Shown: positions 25,201 through 36,303 of the stretch, piece after piece
Position numbering within the stretch: the stretch's first letter is position 1
How the letters are laid out: the number at the start of each line of letters is the position of its first letter
Source: Schizochytrium sp. TIO01
Lineage: Eukaryota > Protista > Bigyra: Labyrinthulomycetes
Direction: 5' to 3'
DNA: 64,000 bases
NCBI GenBank assembly: GCA_004764695.1
Contig: SMSO01000032.1
Span: forward strand, 2,480,001 to 2,544,000
Translations under genes and position numbers: made by a program
The notes under the pieces: generated by a model
The model's database searches: none
Seen by the model: only the letters and a program-made list of their open reading frames with translations
Told to the model about the DNA's origin: nothing

Positions 25201-26146
25201 TAGCGCATCCCATACGACATAGCTAGCAGTACCCACTCCAAAGTCCCCTTTTCTGTTATTGCTCTTCTAATTCAATTTTAATAGAAAGAAAGTAAAACAT
25301 CATCCTTATTCTATTTTTCTTTTAATAGTATATTAATACATCAGAAAAGTAAGCTGCGACCTCGATTTGGAAGAAAGCGGACCCAACGTCACAACAACGA
25401 GAGCTCGAAATTACTGCTAAGGCGCTGGCTACCCTTTTGCGTAAGAGGTCAATAGGCTCTGGAAGCGAGGAGGAGGAGACAAGATGCAATAGTATACTGC
25501 TATCATTTACATTAGCAAGGCCTTTACCAGGAGGGGCCTAGTAGGCCCTATGTATTGCCTAGCGGTGCTAGAGATAGATGCGGTTTGAGCAAGAGCGAAT
25601 AAATATCTTCGGAACAAATGAGCTCAGTCAATAAAGGGCGCAGTGGGGAACCGGGAAGAACGAGCCCTGCTATAGAGTAGCCTAAGGGGAGCTTAGCAGA
25701 AAGAAAAGGAGAAGAATCGTCGCCGCGGGAGCTTTTGTTATACTTGGGTAACTGAAAGGAATAGGGGGATGGATAGGGAAGTGGGGTGTAAAGCTATGAA
25801 AAGGTAACAGAGGGGAAAGAAAGGAGGGATGCGCAGCGCAGAAAGGCCGTGGAAAAGGGCGGAGGAGCTGACGGGCGAGCGAGGGTGGGCGAGAATGGAT
25901 GGCCGCAAAGACGCAGGCGAAGCGAGTGGAGGGCGAGGAAAGAGAGGAGAAACAGGCCTCGGGACGGCGCCACGAGGCACCACAACTATTTGGCGAAGGC
26001 AGAGGGGCAAAGATCGAGAGGAGTGGTCGAGAGCGGACCACAAAGGCGGCGGATCGCCATCTTGGGAAAGAAAGAAAGAAAGAGCGAAAGATGAGGGAAA
26101 AGAAATAACAACAGAAACATTAAAGAGAGCACAAAAAGAAATAAAT

Positions 26147-26251
26147 AAAAGAGAAACAATCAAAAGAGAAACAATCGAAAGAGAAACAATCAAAAGAGAA
26201 ACAATCAAAAGAGAAACAATCAAAAGAGAAACAATCGAAAGAGAAACAATC
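26147..26251. repeat. 15-bp minisatellite (RAAAGAGAAACAATC) x7
   Basis: Seven tandem copies with first-base pattern A,A,G,A,A,A,G. No spacers, so not a CRISPR. Confidence 0.95.
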
Positions 26252-26275
26252 AACAGAAGGGGAGAGAAAGAGGGC

Positions 26276-26320
26276 TTTTCTTTTCTTTTCTTTTCTTTTC
26301 TTTTCTTTTCTTTTCTTTTC
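26276..26320. repeat. (TTTTC)9 microsatellite
   Basis: Perfect pentamer array immediately after the purine-rich minisatellite. Confidence 0.95.
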
Positions 26321-29300
26321 TTTTTCTTTCTTTTCTTTATTTCCTTTTCTTTTTTCTTTTTCTCCCCTTATTTTTTCGTTTCTTCTCTTCTCAGATTGGA
26401 GGGAATGATTTTCGAGCAGCATCGATCATATGTGGGCAAAGCCCGGATGCAATGGCTCGGAAGAAGAGCAAAAGAGGAAAGGCAACGACCCCGAGGGCCT
26501 CGAAGACGCGGAGGCTGTGTCCAACTTCACTTGGCCGAGACAGATCGCAAAAACGAGAATGAAAAGTTAGCAGAGAGGTCGTCTCAGTCTCAGTTTATAA
26601 AAGCTCTTCTTGGCAGCTCCTTTTCTGTGGAAGGTACCTACCTCCTGATACGACCCAGTGTACCCCCGTCAGTCGGCCTTCAAGGGGCATAACAAGGCAC
26701 TTAAGGGGGTATAGTGGGAAATTAGGGACATGAGTGACAAATTTGCACACGCACGAACGCCTTAATTTACACTCTGTGCAAAAGCATGGCCTGGGAAAGC
26801 TGTGCTTAGTTAATACTTTGCAGGAATCCATAAACCCACCTTAAAATACCGACTGCGAGCCGCTGCGAAGGAGAAGATCGCGGTCCAAGAACTGCGCTTG
26901 GTCACGAATATAAAAACGTGCTCCTCTTCTTCCTTCGTTTGCTTTCTCCAGGTAATACCTAATCATTTGGGTAGAGTGTACCTGCGAGACTGAGAATATA
27001 GACGAAAGAAGATGATGCATTTATATATTCCAAGCTTGATTTTGGATTATAAAGCTAATTTTAGTTTCCATAACTTTTTAAGGGACCTGGAAAAGCTGCG
27101 AAAAGCACCCGCAGAAAAGACAAAAGATCACAGGATCCGCCTTCACTGCACACTCCATCATCATGCCGAGCAGTAAAGCCAACTTAATTATGCCAATAGG
27201 AATAGATCGAACCCTCGTGAAGAGCCTAAGCAGTCCGATTGCTTCGGTCCAGGCCGCCTCCGGCGTGTCTGTGATAGCTTGTATCTTTTGTTGGGCTATG
27301 AATTGCAAATTAAAAAGGAACCCTCTTTTCATGACTTCCTATCTTAATTTTTATAGAAAAAAATATACAAACAATTATTAAAAAATTATTATTATTATTT
27401 GTGAACATCATTCCAAAGACGATGAGGCGTCCTGAGACGAGAATAGCTCGGGAATAGCCCGACGCCACTCCACAACCACCCTCCCTGCGTGGCTGGAAAA
27501 AGCATAGCCCACCTCCTGTGAGACCTTTTACTTTCGAGTGGACTGCCATAAATAGTTGCGATGAAGTTCTAATCAAAGGCAAACCTTGCACGTGCAGCTC
27601 CGCCCTTTGTCTTATATGAGGGCTGCACGTGCTCAGCTAAGGTAAACTATAGCACTGACAGAAGCATCAGGCCGAAGGTACGTAGTGAAATTAATTACTG
27701 CTGTGCATGATCCTTTTCGATGCAGATTGAAGGTTGAGCTTGCGCAAATTGCGCCGACCAATCCCTTGCTCGAAATAAATAACAGAGCACTCCAGGTTTC
27801 CCCACTGCAGACGCAGCTGGCTGGCCTGCATAATGAATCAGCGGCGCCAAGATCCTGCCCAGGTGGCTGCGCAAAATTGGCAACTACTCAAAAATGTGCC
27901 TAGGTAGGTAAGGTACCTATGGTATCCATCATTTTTTGTGTAGAAGCAAAGTGACATCCATTGTTGCCATTCGCTCTCGGGCTACTGCCCCTTTATCGTC
28001 GTGCTCTTGATTCGTAATACTTTGCACTGTAGAATCCTCCGCCAGCCAGCCAAGTTACGTCCTCCCGAGTCGTCTCGCTTACATCGAGTAACTTGGATTT
28101 GATGTGCGTACGTACCTGCACTAGGTGAAATTGTGACTGCATCGATATCATTAGCTCGAGTTTGTTTATTACCTTCAAGTTCTTGGCAAAACTTGGAAAG
28201 CGAATGAAGATCATGGATCTAAGAATCTGAAGATTAATGGTCGCGAGAGAGGAGAGCTTAGTAGCAGCTATATGAAGTAACTTAGGTAGGTACCTGCCTG
28301 CGGATGAAATAGCCTAGTATAACAAATTATAGAAAGAGAATCAAACCGAGGAAAGCTAAACTGTCAGCCAATTTTGGTGGGCCCAGGGTCGTCCCAAAGC
28401 TCGCGAGACTCCTATAAAGTCGGAAAATTTGAATCGAGCAATCGTTCAGGGTTCGCAACCACTTATGAAATCTGAAATATATAGGCTCAGCCTTTTCAAT
28501 CTACGTTGGTTCTGTTTTATCATTTCTTCTGTACCTCCTCTATTCAGAGGTACTGAGTTGAATCCCTTTTTCTTTTACCAGCTTCGGTAAAAACCCCAAA
28601 TCAAAAGAATTACTCAATCCGTGATACCTCCCCTTTCAGTACTTCACCTCAAGATATGCGCTTAATTATGAGTATTGGAGCACATGTACGCGAGGGAGAT
28701 CGACATTAAGACCCAACAGACGTGAAGAAGAGTCGTCGTCCCACTGAGATAACTATTGATGCTTCGTTGCGTCTGATGGCCTCGTGGGAGTAAGTTCAAT
28801 TCTTAGTACCTTCTAGGTACTAGTACTACATTCAAGTTGAGTAATTGTCCTCGGAAGTGGCTGATAAGATAAAACCTCAAGGTTAGAAAGTATGACATTA
28901 TGAGGTTAAGAACACCCAATGAGTGGAGTTCGAGTCATGAAGATCCTTAGGTCTGTCGATTCTAGTCGAGAACTTTACAATTAAAATTAAAAGTAAGACA
29001 ACGTTTGTATCGAACTACCGTGATATGATCCCACGGGCCATTCTTGCAGAGCTTGCACAGAGAAGAATCCATATGCAGCAGTCTCGCGAGCAATAGGAGT
29101 CACTGATTGGCAATGCTGCTAAGCATAAGCTGTGCAATTCACATGAAGACACGACTGTATGAGTCGCGCTGCAGACTTTGCACACGGGACTCCAGTGTGG
29201 CTGATTAGTCTGAATTCTTTCAACATGTGCTCCTCCTTCAAGTTGATTAATTAGTTTCTTGATTCGCTCACCTTTTACGGCTGGCGCGGAATCAGCTACT

Positions 29301-31509
29301 ATTCACGAGTTTTAACATCCCACCGTTCAGGAATGAACTTTCTATTCATCATATTTCTGCAAAAGAAAATAGAGAGCTTTATAGCAGCATTTTAGTTTTT
29401 ATCATTTCGTACTGCAGAATTTCGTACTTGCAGCACGTGCAGGTAAAGAAAGGCTCAGTCCTACAAGAGAGAGGGAGGAATGTAAAAAGATTGCAGTGAG
29501 TTCCTTCTCTTCAGACACGAATTTGGGAGGTGGTGATGATGAGCAGCAGGAGGAGGAGGAGGAGGAGGAGGAGGAGAAGGATAAATCATCACGTTTCTTC
29601 GTTCTTAGGGCACATCGGTGTTGCTGCTCGAGCTGCTCAATTCTTATTCCCTCCTGCTACCGTAGGTACTTCCTTATTACCCCATCACTACGATTGTAAA
29701 GCGGCCCTGACTTCTTTCGAGCAACCGCTGAGCTTTTCTAATCGAGTCATCGCGAAGCACTCGTACAGCCATGAAAGCAAAAGTTTCACGAAACTTGACG
29801 CAGCTCTCAGCAGCCTTTACTTCTTGAATGCACACCCGCTGATACCATGCTGTATCATAACAAAGCATCCTTCAAGTTGATCTGCAATTTATCCGAGACC
29901 ATCGGACTCCCCATCCTCACCCGTGTTACACGCTTCTGCGAGCGCGCGTTTCTATATTTATCTTGAAGGCCCATATTCTGCTTTTAAAATCCGGGCGAAA
30001 TGACTGATCCTATAATTGAGTGCCTTTGAAGTTTCTACTAATAGTTGTGGTTGCTCTAGTAGACGCTCTTGTCCTGCAGGTTTCAGCCAATGCCTCGGTG
30101 TGCACACATTGCAGGGCTAATGCTCTTGCTAAAGCAAGTTTCCAAGAGTAGTGAATAAGACAGTTGATCGCCTTTCTTGTCTACTACTCTTCTCCCTTCA
30201 GGGCTGGTGGGAGAAGACACAGTTGGGCTTCCTTACCCAACCCAGTTGGCCTCGAGACTTGTGAATGGACGGTGGCGGGCGATCTTGTTGACGATCATGA
30301 TAGCCCTACACACCAGCAGAACACTGTTCTGTTGGTTGCAGAACGTAAGGTGATCGGGAGTTGAGCAAGAACTGGTCGGCCTCAATCTGCAATCGAGCAG
30401 CAGACTCTACCAGGAGGCTATAAATGTTTGAGTTGCAACCACCCAAGAAAGATACAAAACAAAAGTAGGAACCTTCCTTCTTTTTTAAAACTATTATTTG
30501 TCAGAATGTAGCACTCCCAAGACTCAGGCGCGAGCATACATTGATACTACGATTGATTCTGTGCATGCCTCATTCCTGTCAGTACTTTCACATGGGCACA
30601 TGGGCGAAATCTCAAGTCAAAGTACATGACTACCCTAGGTAGGAATATGATGTTGAAGTGATTGGTCTGTAAGTATAAACACAATAGTTACAGCAAAAAT
30701 TCACGATTTAACTTAAACTTAACCCAAGCAAACGTATGGTTAGGTTTAGAATAATGAGAGTGCGAAGGACAAACCGACGAGTTTAATAACTCTTGAAGGT
30801 TTTGGAAAGGTATGGTGCTAAGATAGCATTTGGCGGAAGACTTTCATGAGTAGTTCTTTGCTTTTTTGCTCCTGTTCTTACCTATGTGAAAAGATACACT
30901 TAGCTTTCGACAGTGAGCAAATGACTCTTGCTAGAGTACACTAATTTACTAAATCTTACTTGTGGAGGTTAGTTAGCTAAAAATCCTGCTGTTGCAATAA
31001 GTGCAAATGCAAGTTAAGGCATAGATTTACAAACATCAGCGATGCTCGTACTTAATGGTGAGCACAGTCCACTCTTGTTATTTCACTTCAAGTTCGTTGA
31101 TACAAAAGGAACATCCTTGCAAACGGCTACCTTCAAGTCACTCATACTCTCCTGTTCAGCCCCGACGCATCTGCCAACTGATCATGTCAATATAGCCTAG
31201 CTCTTTCATTTGGAATAGATTTTTTCGGTAGCCCAGTGCCATTGGAAATACTTACCTTCTGCATATTATTTTATTTCAGATCATTACTTTCAATATGGTC
31301 GTGATATAGAAACAAGAGGCGGCCCTCAGACATCTCTCTCGTCTTTGTTCTAACAAAAATGTAAAGGATGATGACATCAGTGCCATAGTCAACCGAATAA
31401 AAATGATGTCGCGTATGATGTGTGATGCTCGAATTTCATTAATACTGGGTATTGGTTCAAGTTTTTAGATAATAAAGTGTGAGTTTATGGATTTAAAGAT
31501 TGGTAAGTA

Positions 31510-32667
31510 CTAGCGCTTGCTTACAGAGGAACCGTCCACGTCAGAAAAGTAAGACGAATCGGAGTCTACGTCATCATCAGTTGAGAAATCAGTAAAGTCT
31601 CGGGTCGCGCGCTCTGCGGGAGATCCCCCCCAAAGGATTCGATACAAGAGAGCGGAAATCTTGGTGAACCAAAAAAGATTCAAGCAGACAATGACAGCAA
31701 GCAGGCCAAGCACAACCATGTACAGCGTTTCTCCAATGACAGGACGACCATCATTTAACAAAGTTGGTACCAAGCCTGTGGCTACCCTGTATAAACGCGC
31801 ATAAGCCCAAGAACCAGCAAAACCTACGAAGAGAGTGTCAGCGATTCCCTTCCAGCGAAAGCTGCTTGCTAGTTTAGATGCCTCCACGAAAATATCTGTA
31901 ACATCGTGTAAAATGAGACCAACCATGCCAATGCGAACAAAGTTGCCCAGGTAGATGATGGCCAGCAGCATGAGAACAGTGGAATGATGCAACGTCATCT
32001 CCCACATGTCCCGAGCCTGGCGTCCATCAACAACTTGAGAAATAAGAAGAACCACATAGAGTGGGATCTCTAGTGCGACATAAAACCACTTGAGAGACTC
32101 CTCGTTGCGCTGAAGAGGCAGGTCTTCCCAGGTTCTCGCGAGGTCTCGGCTCCAAACCTGGCCCCGTGAAATATAAAAATTGGCCAAAAGAAACACCGAG
32201 TACATGAGTAGACGCCACAGGCAGTCCGAGGATACACGAACCTTGACAGCATCCCGATCTAGACGCTGACGAGCTCGAAACCACGCATTGAGATCTTCCA
32301 CTGGTTTGTCAATCGCCTTAGAAACCGACTTGATCTCATTCATGTCCGGCAAAAGTGGCTTGTGTTTTTCGTATATGGCCTCGAGTTTGGGCTCCTGGAA
32401 AGGCACCGGCTGCAACTTCATGCGAAGACCCGCACGGACAACAGGCCGTAATATCGCACGTTCTAGTACAAACTTCGAGACGGCCATAACTGCTGCAGCA
32501 GCAGGGACCACTGTGAGCAGGTCCCTAGCAAGAGGATAATCTCCGGACGCAGCAGCGACCTTGAAGTCAGCAAATGATCCACCTCCAAGTTTTAGAAGAG
32601 CAGCCTCGACTGCACTCGAAGACCACATAAACGGCGCAAAGCCGTCCAGATCAGCAGCGAGGTCCAT
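31510..32667 (-). CDS. LAG1: Ceramide synthase (TLC/Lag1 family) with homeobox-like domain
   Basis: Lag1p motif RDMWEMTLHHSTVLMLLAIIYLGNFVRIGMVGLILHDVTDIFVEASK (HH and HD..D residues), multiple TM helices, FW..KI near the end, and an acidic Ser-rich tail. Hox-like segment LEAIYEKHKPLLPDMNEIKSVSKAIDKPVEDLNAWFRARQ. Confidence 0.92.
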   Translation of the reverse strand: MDLAADLDGFAPFMWSSSAVEAALLKLGGGSFADFKVAAASGDYPLARDLLTVVPAAAAVMAVSKFVLERAILRPVVRAGLRMKLQPVPFQEPKLEAIYEKHKPLLPDMNEIKSVSKAIDKPVEDLNAWFRARQRLDRDAVKVRVSSDCLWRLLMYSVFLLANFYISRGQVWSRDLARTWEDLPLQRNEESLKWFYVALEIPLYVVLLISQVVDGRQARDMWEMTLHHSTVLMLLAIIYLGNFVRIGMVGLILHDVTDIFVEASKLASSFRWKGIADTLFVGFAGSWAYARLYRVATGLVPTLLNDGRPVIGETLYMVVLGLLAVIVCLNLFWFTKISALLYRILWGGSPAERATRDFTDFSTDDDVDSDSSYFSDVDGSSVSKR

Positions 32668-33868
32668 GGCAACAAAGAGGTTGTTTGCTCACTTTTCGAA
32701 AGCCAACGATGACTATCTTTCAGAACGTGCTTTGCTCTAACAGCGTCGCTAAGGGCCTCAGTTGACTATTCAAACAATAAGCCAAAAGCGAACACCAATG
32801 CACGAACCTGCTCGAGCACCTCGCGGGCAGAGTTGCACGCGACGGTGGTCGAAAAGGTTGTGATTCTGTCCAAACTGTCCAAGGATAATCGAACACTTAA
32901 CTTTATTTTATAATGTCAGTGTAATGATTCAAGCACTCATGAAGTAACAGCTTCTTACTAGAAGATAGTAGTCATACTGTAGTAGGTACTAATGCGAGAT
33001 ACAAATTATGCACCATCTCGACAAGAGATTTTGTAGTACCTACCTAGTTGCACCAAAGAAAGCTTTGTAAACTCAACCAACTGGAGAAAGGCACATGTCT
33101 AGCACCTAGCAATAGTAACCTATAAAAACCTGGACTGGGTGATGTTAATTTTGATGTCCAGAGCCTATCACTTTACAATCGATGAGAAAAGAAAATGTGA
33201 TTCTCTTTTCCTTTTCCATCATTGAAACCTTTTTTATTTTTTAAAATTTGATAAATTGTGGAAAGAATCTTCTAAATCAAGAGCCTCTCTTTTAAGAGGT
33301 GAAAGAAACTTACATGACAAAGACGCGACAATAAACAGGGATAACTTTCTGCCATGATAAAACTGCCTGAAGGAAGGAAAGCCAACCTACGCTTCTAACT
33401 AGAGTTGAATTCTTGATGTTTGCAGCTTGGGTGTGTGCAACCTACAAAGTACCTAAACCATAGTGTTCCACAGACATCACTCTCACTATTCTCACTGATC
33501 AGATTTGGAGGTATTCCTATCAATCATTTCACTTAGGTAAACCTCAAGTAAACACAGACTCCCCAAAAGTATATGCACACATACCGAGGAGCATATTTGA
33601 AGTATATTTTCGTAGCGTGACATTCGCAAATCAATTGGGTCTGATTATAAAGCTGGCAACATCTGAAAAACGCAATGCAAACAAGATTTTTACGTAGCCA
33701 GCAAGGAGGTCAGTAAGGTATCATACAAGCATGAACCAATACCTGAAGGTAAAGTAAGATCACAAGACCTAGGATGTTCTCCGTTTATAAGAATTATTTT
33801 TATAGGAACAACAGAATAACAAACGTGTTGATTCTTTCGGCCACTCGAATAAGCTGGCGAAAATAGTT

Positions 33869-35947
33869 TTAAGTGCGCCGCTGTGTACGGCGTGCTTTCT
33901 CGTCGAGCAAGCTCGGCTCAGGAAAGGTGTAACAAGGAGAAAATGGGTTTCCATGATACTTTTCCTCGAGCTCGTTGTAAATTAGTGACCACTTGCCGTG
34001 CTGGAACTTGTCTTTCACGGTAAGGTTCGTGGGCAGTTCATGCGGGGTAACATGAACCTTCAATACAAGGTCCATCATATCCTCCCACACCTGAGGAGTC
34101 AAATCATCAACTGGATAATCTGTCACCAACGGGTATCCATTGCCCTCCAGCAGGTGAATCGAGCCTTCCTGGTCAATTAGCCAGTCAATTGCAAACACAT
34201 GAAAACGTCCCGGAAAACGAGAAAGCTTCTTGTCTTGCACATCAGTAGTCTTGAACACATACAGTGAAACACGCTTCATGTACTCCCGCGCACGCTCAAT
34301 GTAGGAAGTAGGAAAACCCAGTTCCCGCGTTAATTCGGATGCAATCTCTGCAAAGTTGAAAAAGTGATTGTCTTTCTTCTGCAGCACACTGTTTGTCACA
34401 TGCACGGTGGTGCGCTTGTCATCGGGATTGTAGACGGTATCCGACTTGCGTGCAAATCCATCAGCATAGAACACAAGCTGAGGATCAAGACTTGCCACTA
34501 GCAAATAGCTTCGCAAGTCAAACTTGTATCCACCTTGCATCGTAGCAGGCTTCGCTACATACTCCATAATGATGGCCGCCAGGTTTCCACTGCATGCGCC
34601 AACCTTTGCCTTGAGTTCAGAGTAACCACGGATGACCTTGATTCCCTGACCATGAAAAGTGTTGCTTGGTTTCCACAACCACAGCTTGTCCACATGCTCG
34701 GGGCGCGCTGCGGCCTCCATAAGAGCTTCGCATGAAGAGCGATCATTCATGTTGTACTGGGCAGGCTGAATTTTCAAGTCTTCATACGTGCAGCCATGGT
34801 GGGAAGCCAGCAATTGGCGGCAAGCCAGCTGAGTTAGCTTAGCACCACCAATGCAACCGGAAACGCCGATGCTGTTGAGCATTTGTTTGCCTTTCTTTAA
34901 ATAGGGCACTCTGCCACGTGACATCAGCATGCTTGCACGAGAATCAGGGAATGCAGGATCCGTGGGGTGGCCCCAACCACGCTTCTTGAGGATGCGGTAG
35001 AGCGGCCAAAAGTTCTGTCCGCTATTGTATGCTTTGACATACGGCTTGCGCGGTAAAGTAATTTGAGGGGCAAGGACCATGTGTATGCCGTCATAGTAAG
35101 TGGCATTTCGAGGAATAGAGCTGGCACTACCAGAGGAAGATGACGAAGAAAAGCCACTTCCGCTGTTACTGGAGATGTCGTTGTTACTCGCGTCATTGAG
35201 TTCACTACGCCAGTCGCTGCTCGATTCCTCATCTAAGCTTTCCTGCGCGAGATCCGTCATTGCTGCCTGGTCGTCTTCACTGAGCTCTGCATCAGCACCT
35301 GAATCGGAGTCATCCAATTTTGAGGCTGCCCCTCCTGTGGAAATGGTGTTCTCAAGGTGCTTTATGTGTGCAATACCAAGCAGCCCACTTCCGTCAGCTC
35401 CAGAACTATCATGGGTTTGATGCTGTTGCTGCTCCAGCTTCTTTTTGTCACGATTGAGGATAAGATTGTCGAGGGTACTGTCCGACCGAGGCCAAGTATT
35501 AGAGCCGGGCTTCTGAGCTGCCTGCTCTTGACTAGGTTTATTGAGGTCATCTCCGTAGTCCTCATCAGCCGCATTGTCGCCGTCAGTTTCTGAGTTGCCA
35601 TCTCGGGTGGACTCATCGAGATAGTCAGGCGATGATTTTCCAGAAGCAACCAGCTTATCCTCACTAGTCATTTCCTGCTCCGGCAAGCCATATGCTTCAT
35701 CGATAGAGGATTCTACCTGTGCAGGGTAGTTGGCCATGTATCTCTCCAATCGGTCACCACTCTTGATAGACACATCAACCTTGAAAAGATCTGTCAAGGA
35801 TGCTACTTGGATGCACAACAGCAACAGTCCAGCGCAGAAGCACGTTGGAGCAAGACGTTGCATTAGCTTTGCACGAAGTGACATCCTAGTTCTGCCAAAA
35901 TGGGCTCCTGCGCCCATTTGGCGAGAATTTGTTGGCAAGAAACTCAT
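33869..35947 (-). CDS. Tubulin-tyrosine-ligase-like (TTL/TTLL) ATP-grasp ligase with N-terminal signal anchor and acidic stem
   Basis: TTL motifs WLWKPSNTFHGQGIKV, IMEYVAKP, KFDLRSYLLV, HVTN and FAIDWLID...HLLEGN. A basic N-terminus is followed by hydrophobic LAPTCFCAGLLLLCIQVASL and a long D/S-rich linker. Confidence 0.88.
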   Translation of the reverse strand: MSFLPTNSRQMGAGAHFGRTRMSLRAKLMQRLAPTCFCAGLLLLCIQVASLTDLFKVDVSIKSGDRLERYMANYPAQVESSIDEAYGLPEQEMTSEDKLVASGKSSPDYLDESTRDGNSETDGDNAADEDYGDDLNKPSQEQAAQKPGSNTWPRSDSTLDNLILNRDKKKLEQQQHQTHDSSGADGSGLLGIAHIKHLENTISTGGAASKLDDSDSGADAELSEDDQAAMTDLAQESLDEESSSDWRSELNDASNNDISSNSGSGFSSSSSSGSASSIPRNATYYDGIHMVLAPQITLPRKPYVKAYNSGQNFWPLYRILKKRGWGHPTDPAFPDSRASMLMSRGRVPYLKKGKQMLNSIGVSGCIGGAKLTQLACRQLLASHHGCTYEDLKIQPAQYNMNDRSSCEALMEAAARPEHVDKLWLWKPSNTFHGQGIKVIRGYSELKAKVGACSGNLAAIIMEYVAKPATMQGGYKFDLRSYLLVASLDPQLVFYADGFARKSDTVYNPDDKRTTVHVTNSVLQKKDNHFFNFAEIASELTRELGFPTSYIERAREYMKRVSLYVFKTTDVQDKKLSRFPGRFHVFAIDWLIDQEGSIHLLEGNGYPLVTDYPVDDLTPQVWEDMMDLVLKVHVTPHELPTNLTVKDKFQHGKWSLIYNELEEKYHGNPFSPCYTFPEPSLLDEKARRTQRRT

Positions 35948-35992
35948 TATCTCCCAATCTCACTTCAAACGATTCTAAGTATTTGAAGTAAA

Positions 35993-36303
35993 CTATGAAA
36001 CGGGCAAGCACATAAAAAAGGTTAGTCTGAAATCCTTGCACGGCAGTCCACAGGGAAGTTTGACAGCAAAGTAAAAGCACCAAGATGCCGTGCAGATCCA
36101 CAAATCCTCGAGGTGAGTTCATTCGTTACCAGCCTTGCACCAACAACAAGATTGTGGTCCACGCTTTCCAGAAAGCTAATTTAGCATGGAACACCGTTTT
36201 TAGAGCCTCGATAGCGAAGAACCCTCGATATCAATTTACAGGTCTTCACGCTGGGAAATAATAAATCTCAGGGTCCGCGGAAACTTCGAGTATTTTTACT
36301 TAC
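35993..36303 (-). other. Putative 5'UTR intron of the TTL-like gene
   Basis: Minus-strand AG|GTAAGT donor at 36303, CTAAC branch point at 36025-36021, T-rich tract, and CATAG acceptor at 35993, about 45 nt upstream of the ATG. Confidence 0.45.

Noticed and set aside
26147-26251. CRISPR-like regular repeat
   Set aside because: Head-to-tail repeats without unique spacers, eukaryotic context and no cas genes.
25682-26692. 287-aa and overlapping ORFs (RETIK / IVSLL / DCFSF repeats)
   Set aside because: Products of the purine tract, 15-bp minisatellite and (TTTTC)n, which lack stops in several frames.
29496-29880. Poly-Glu / poly-Arg ORFs
   Set aside because: Arise from a (GAG)n triplet tract at about 29549-29577; flanks are not protein-like and starts are GTG.
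30233-30298. 21-aa minus-strand sORF MIVNKIARHRPFTSLEANWVG with favourable codons and a GTAAG at its end
   Set aside because: Too short to distinguish from chance, and no partner exon found.
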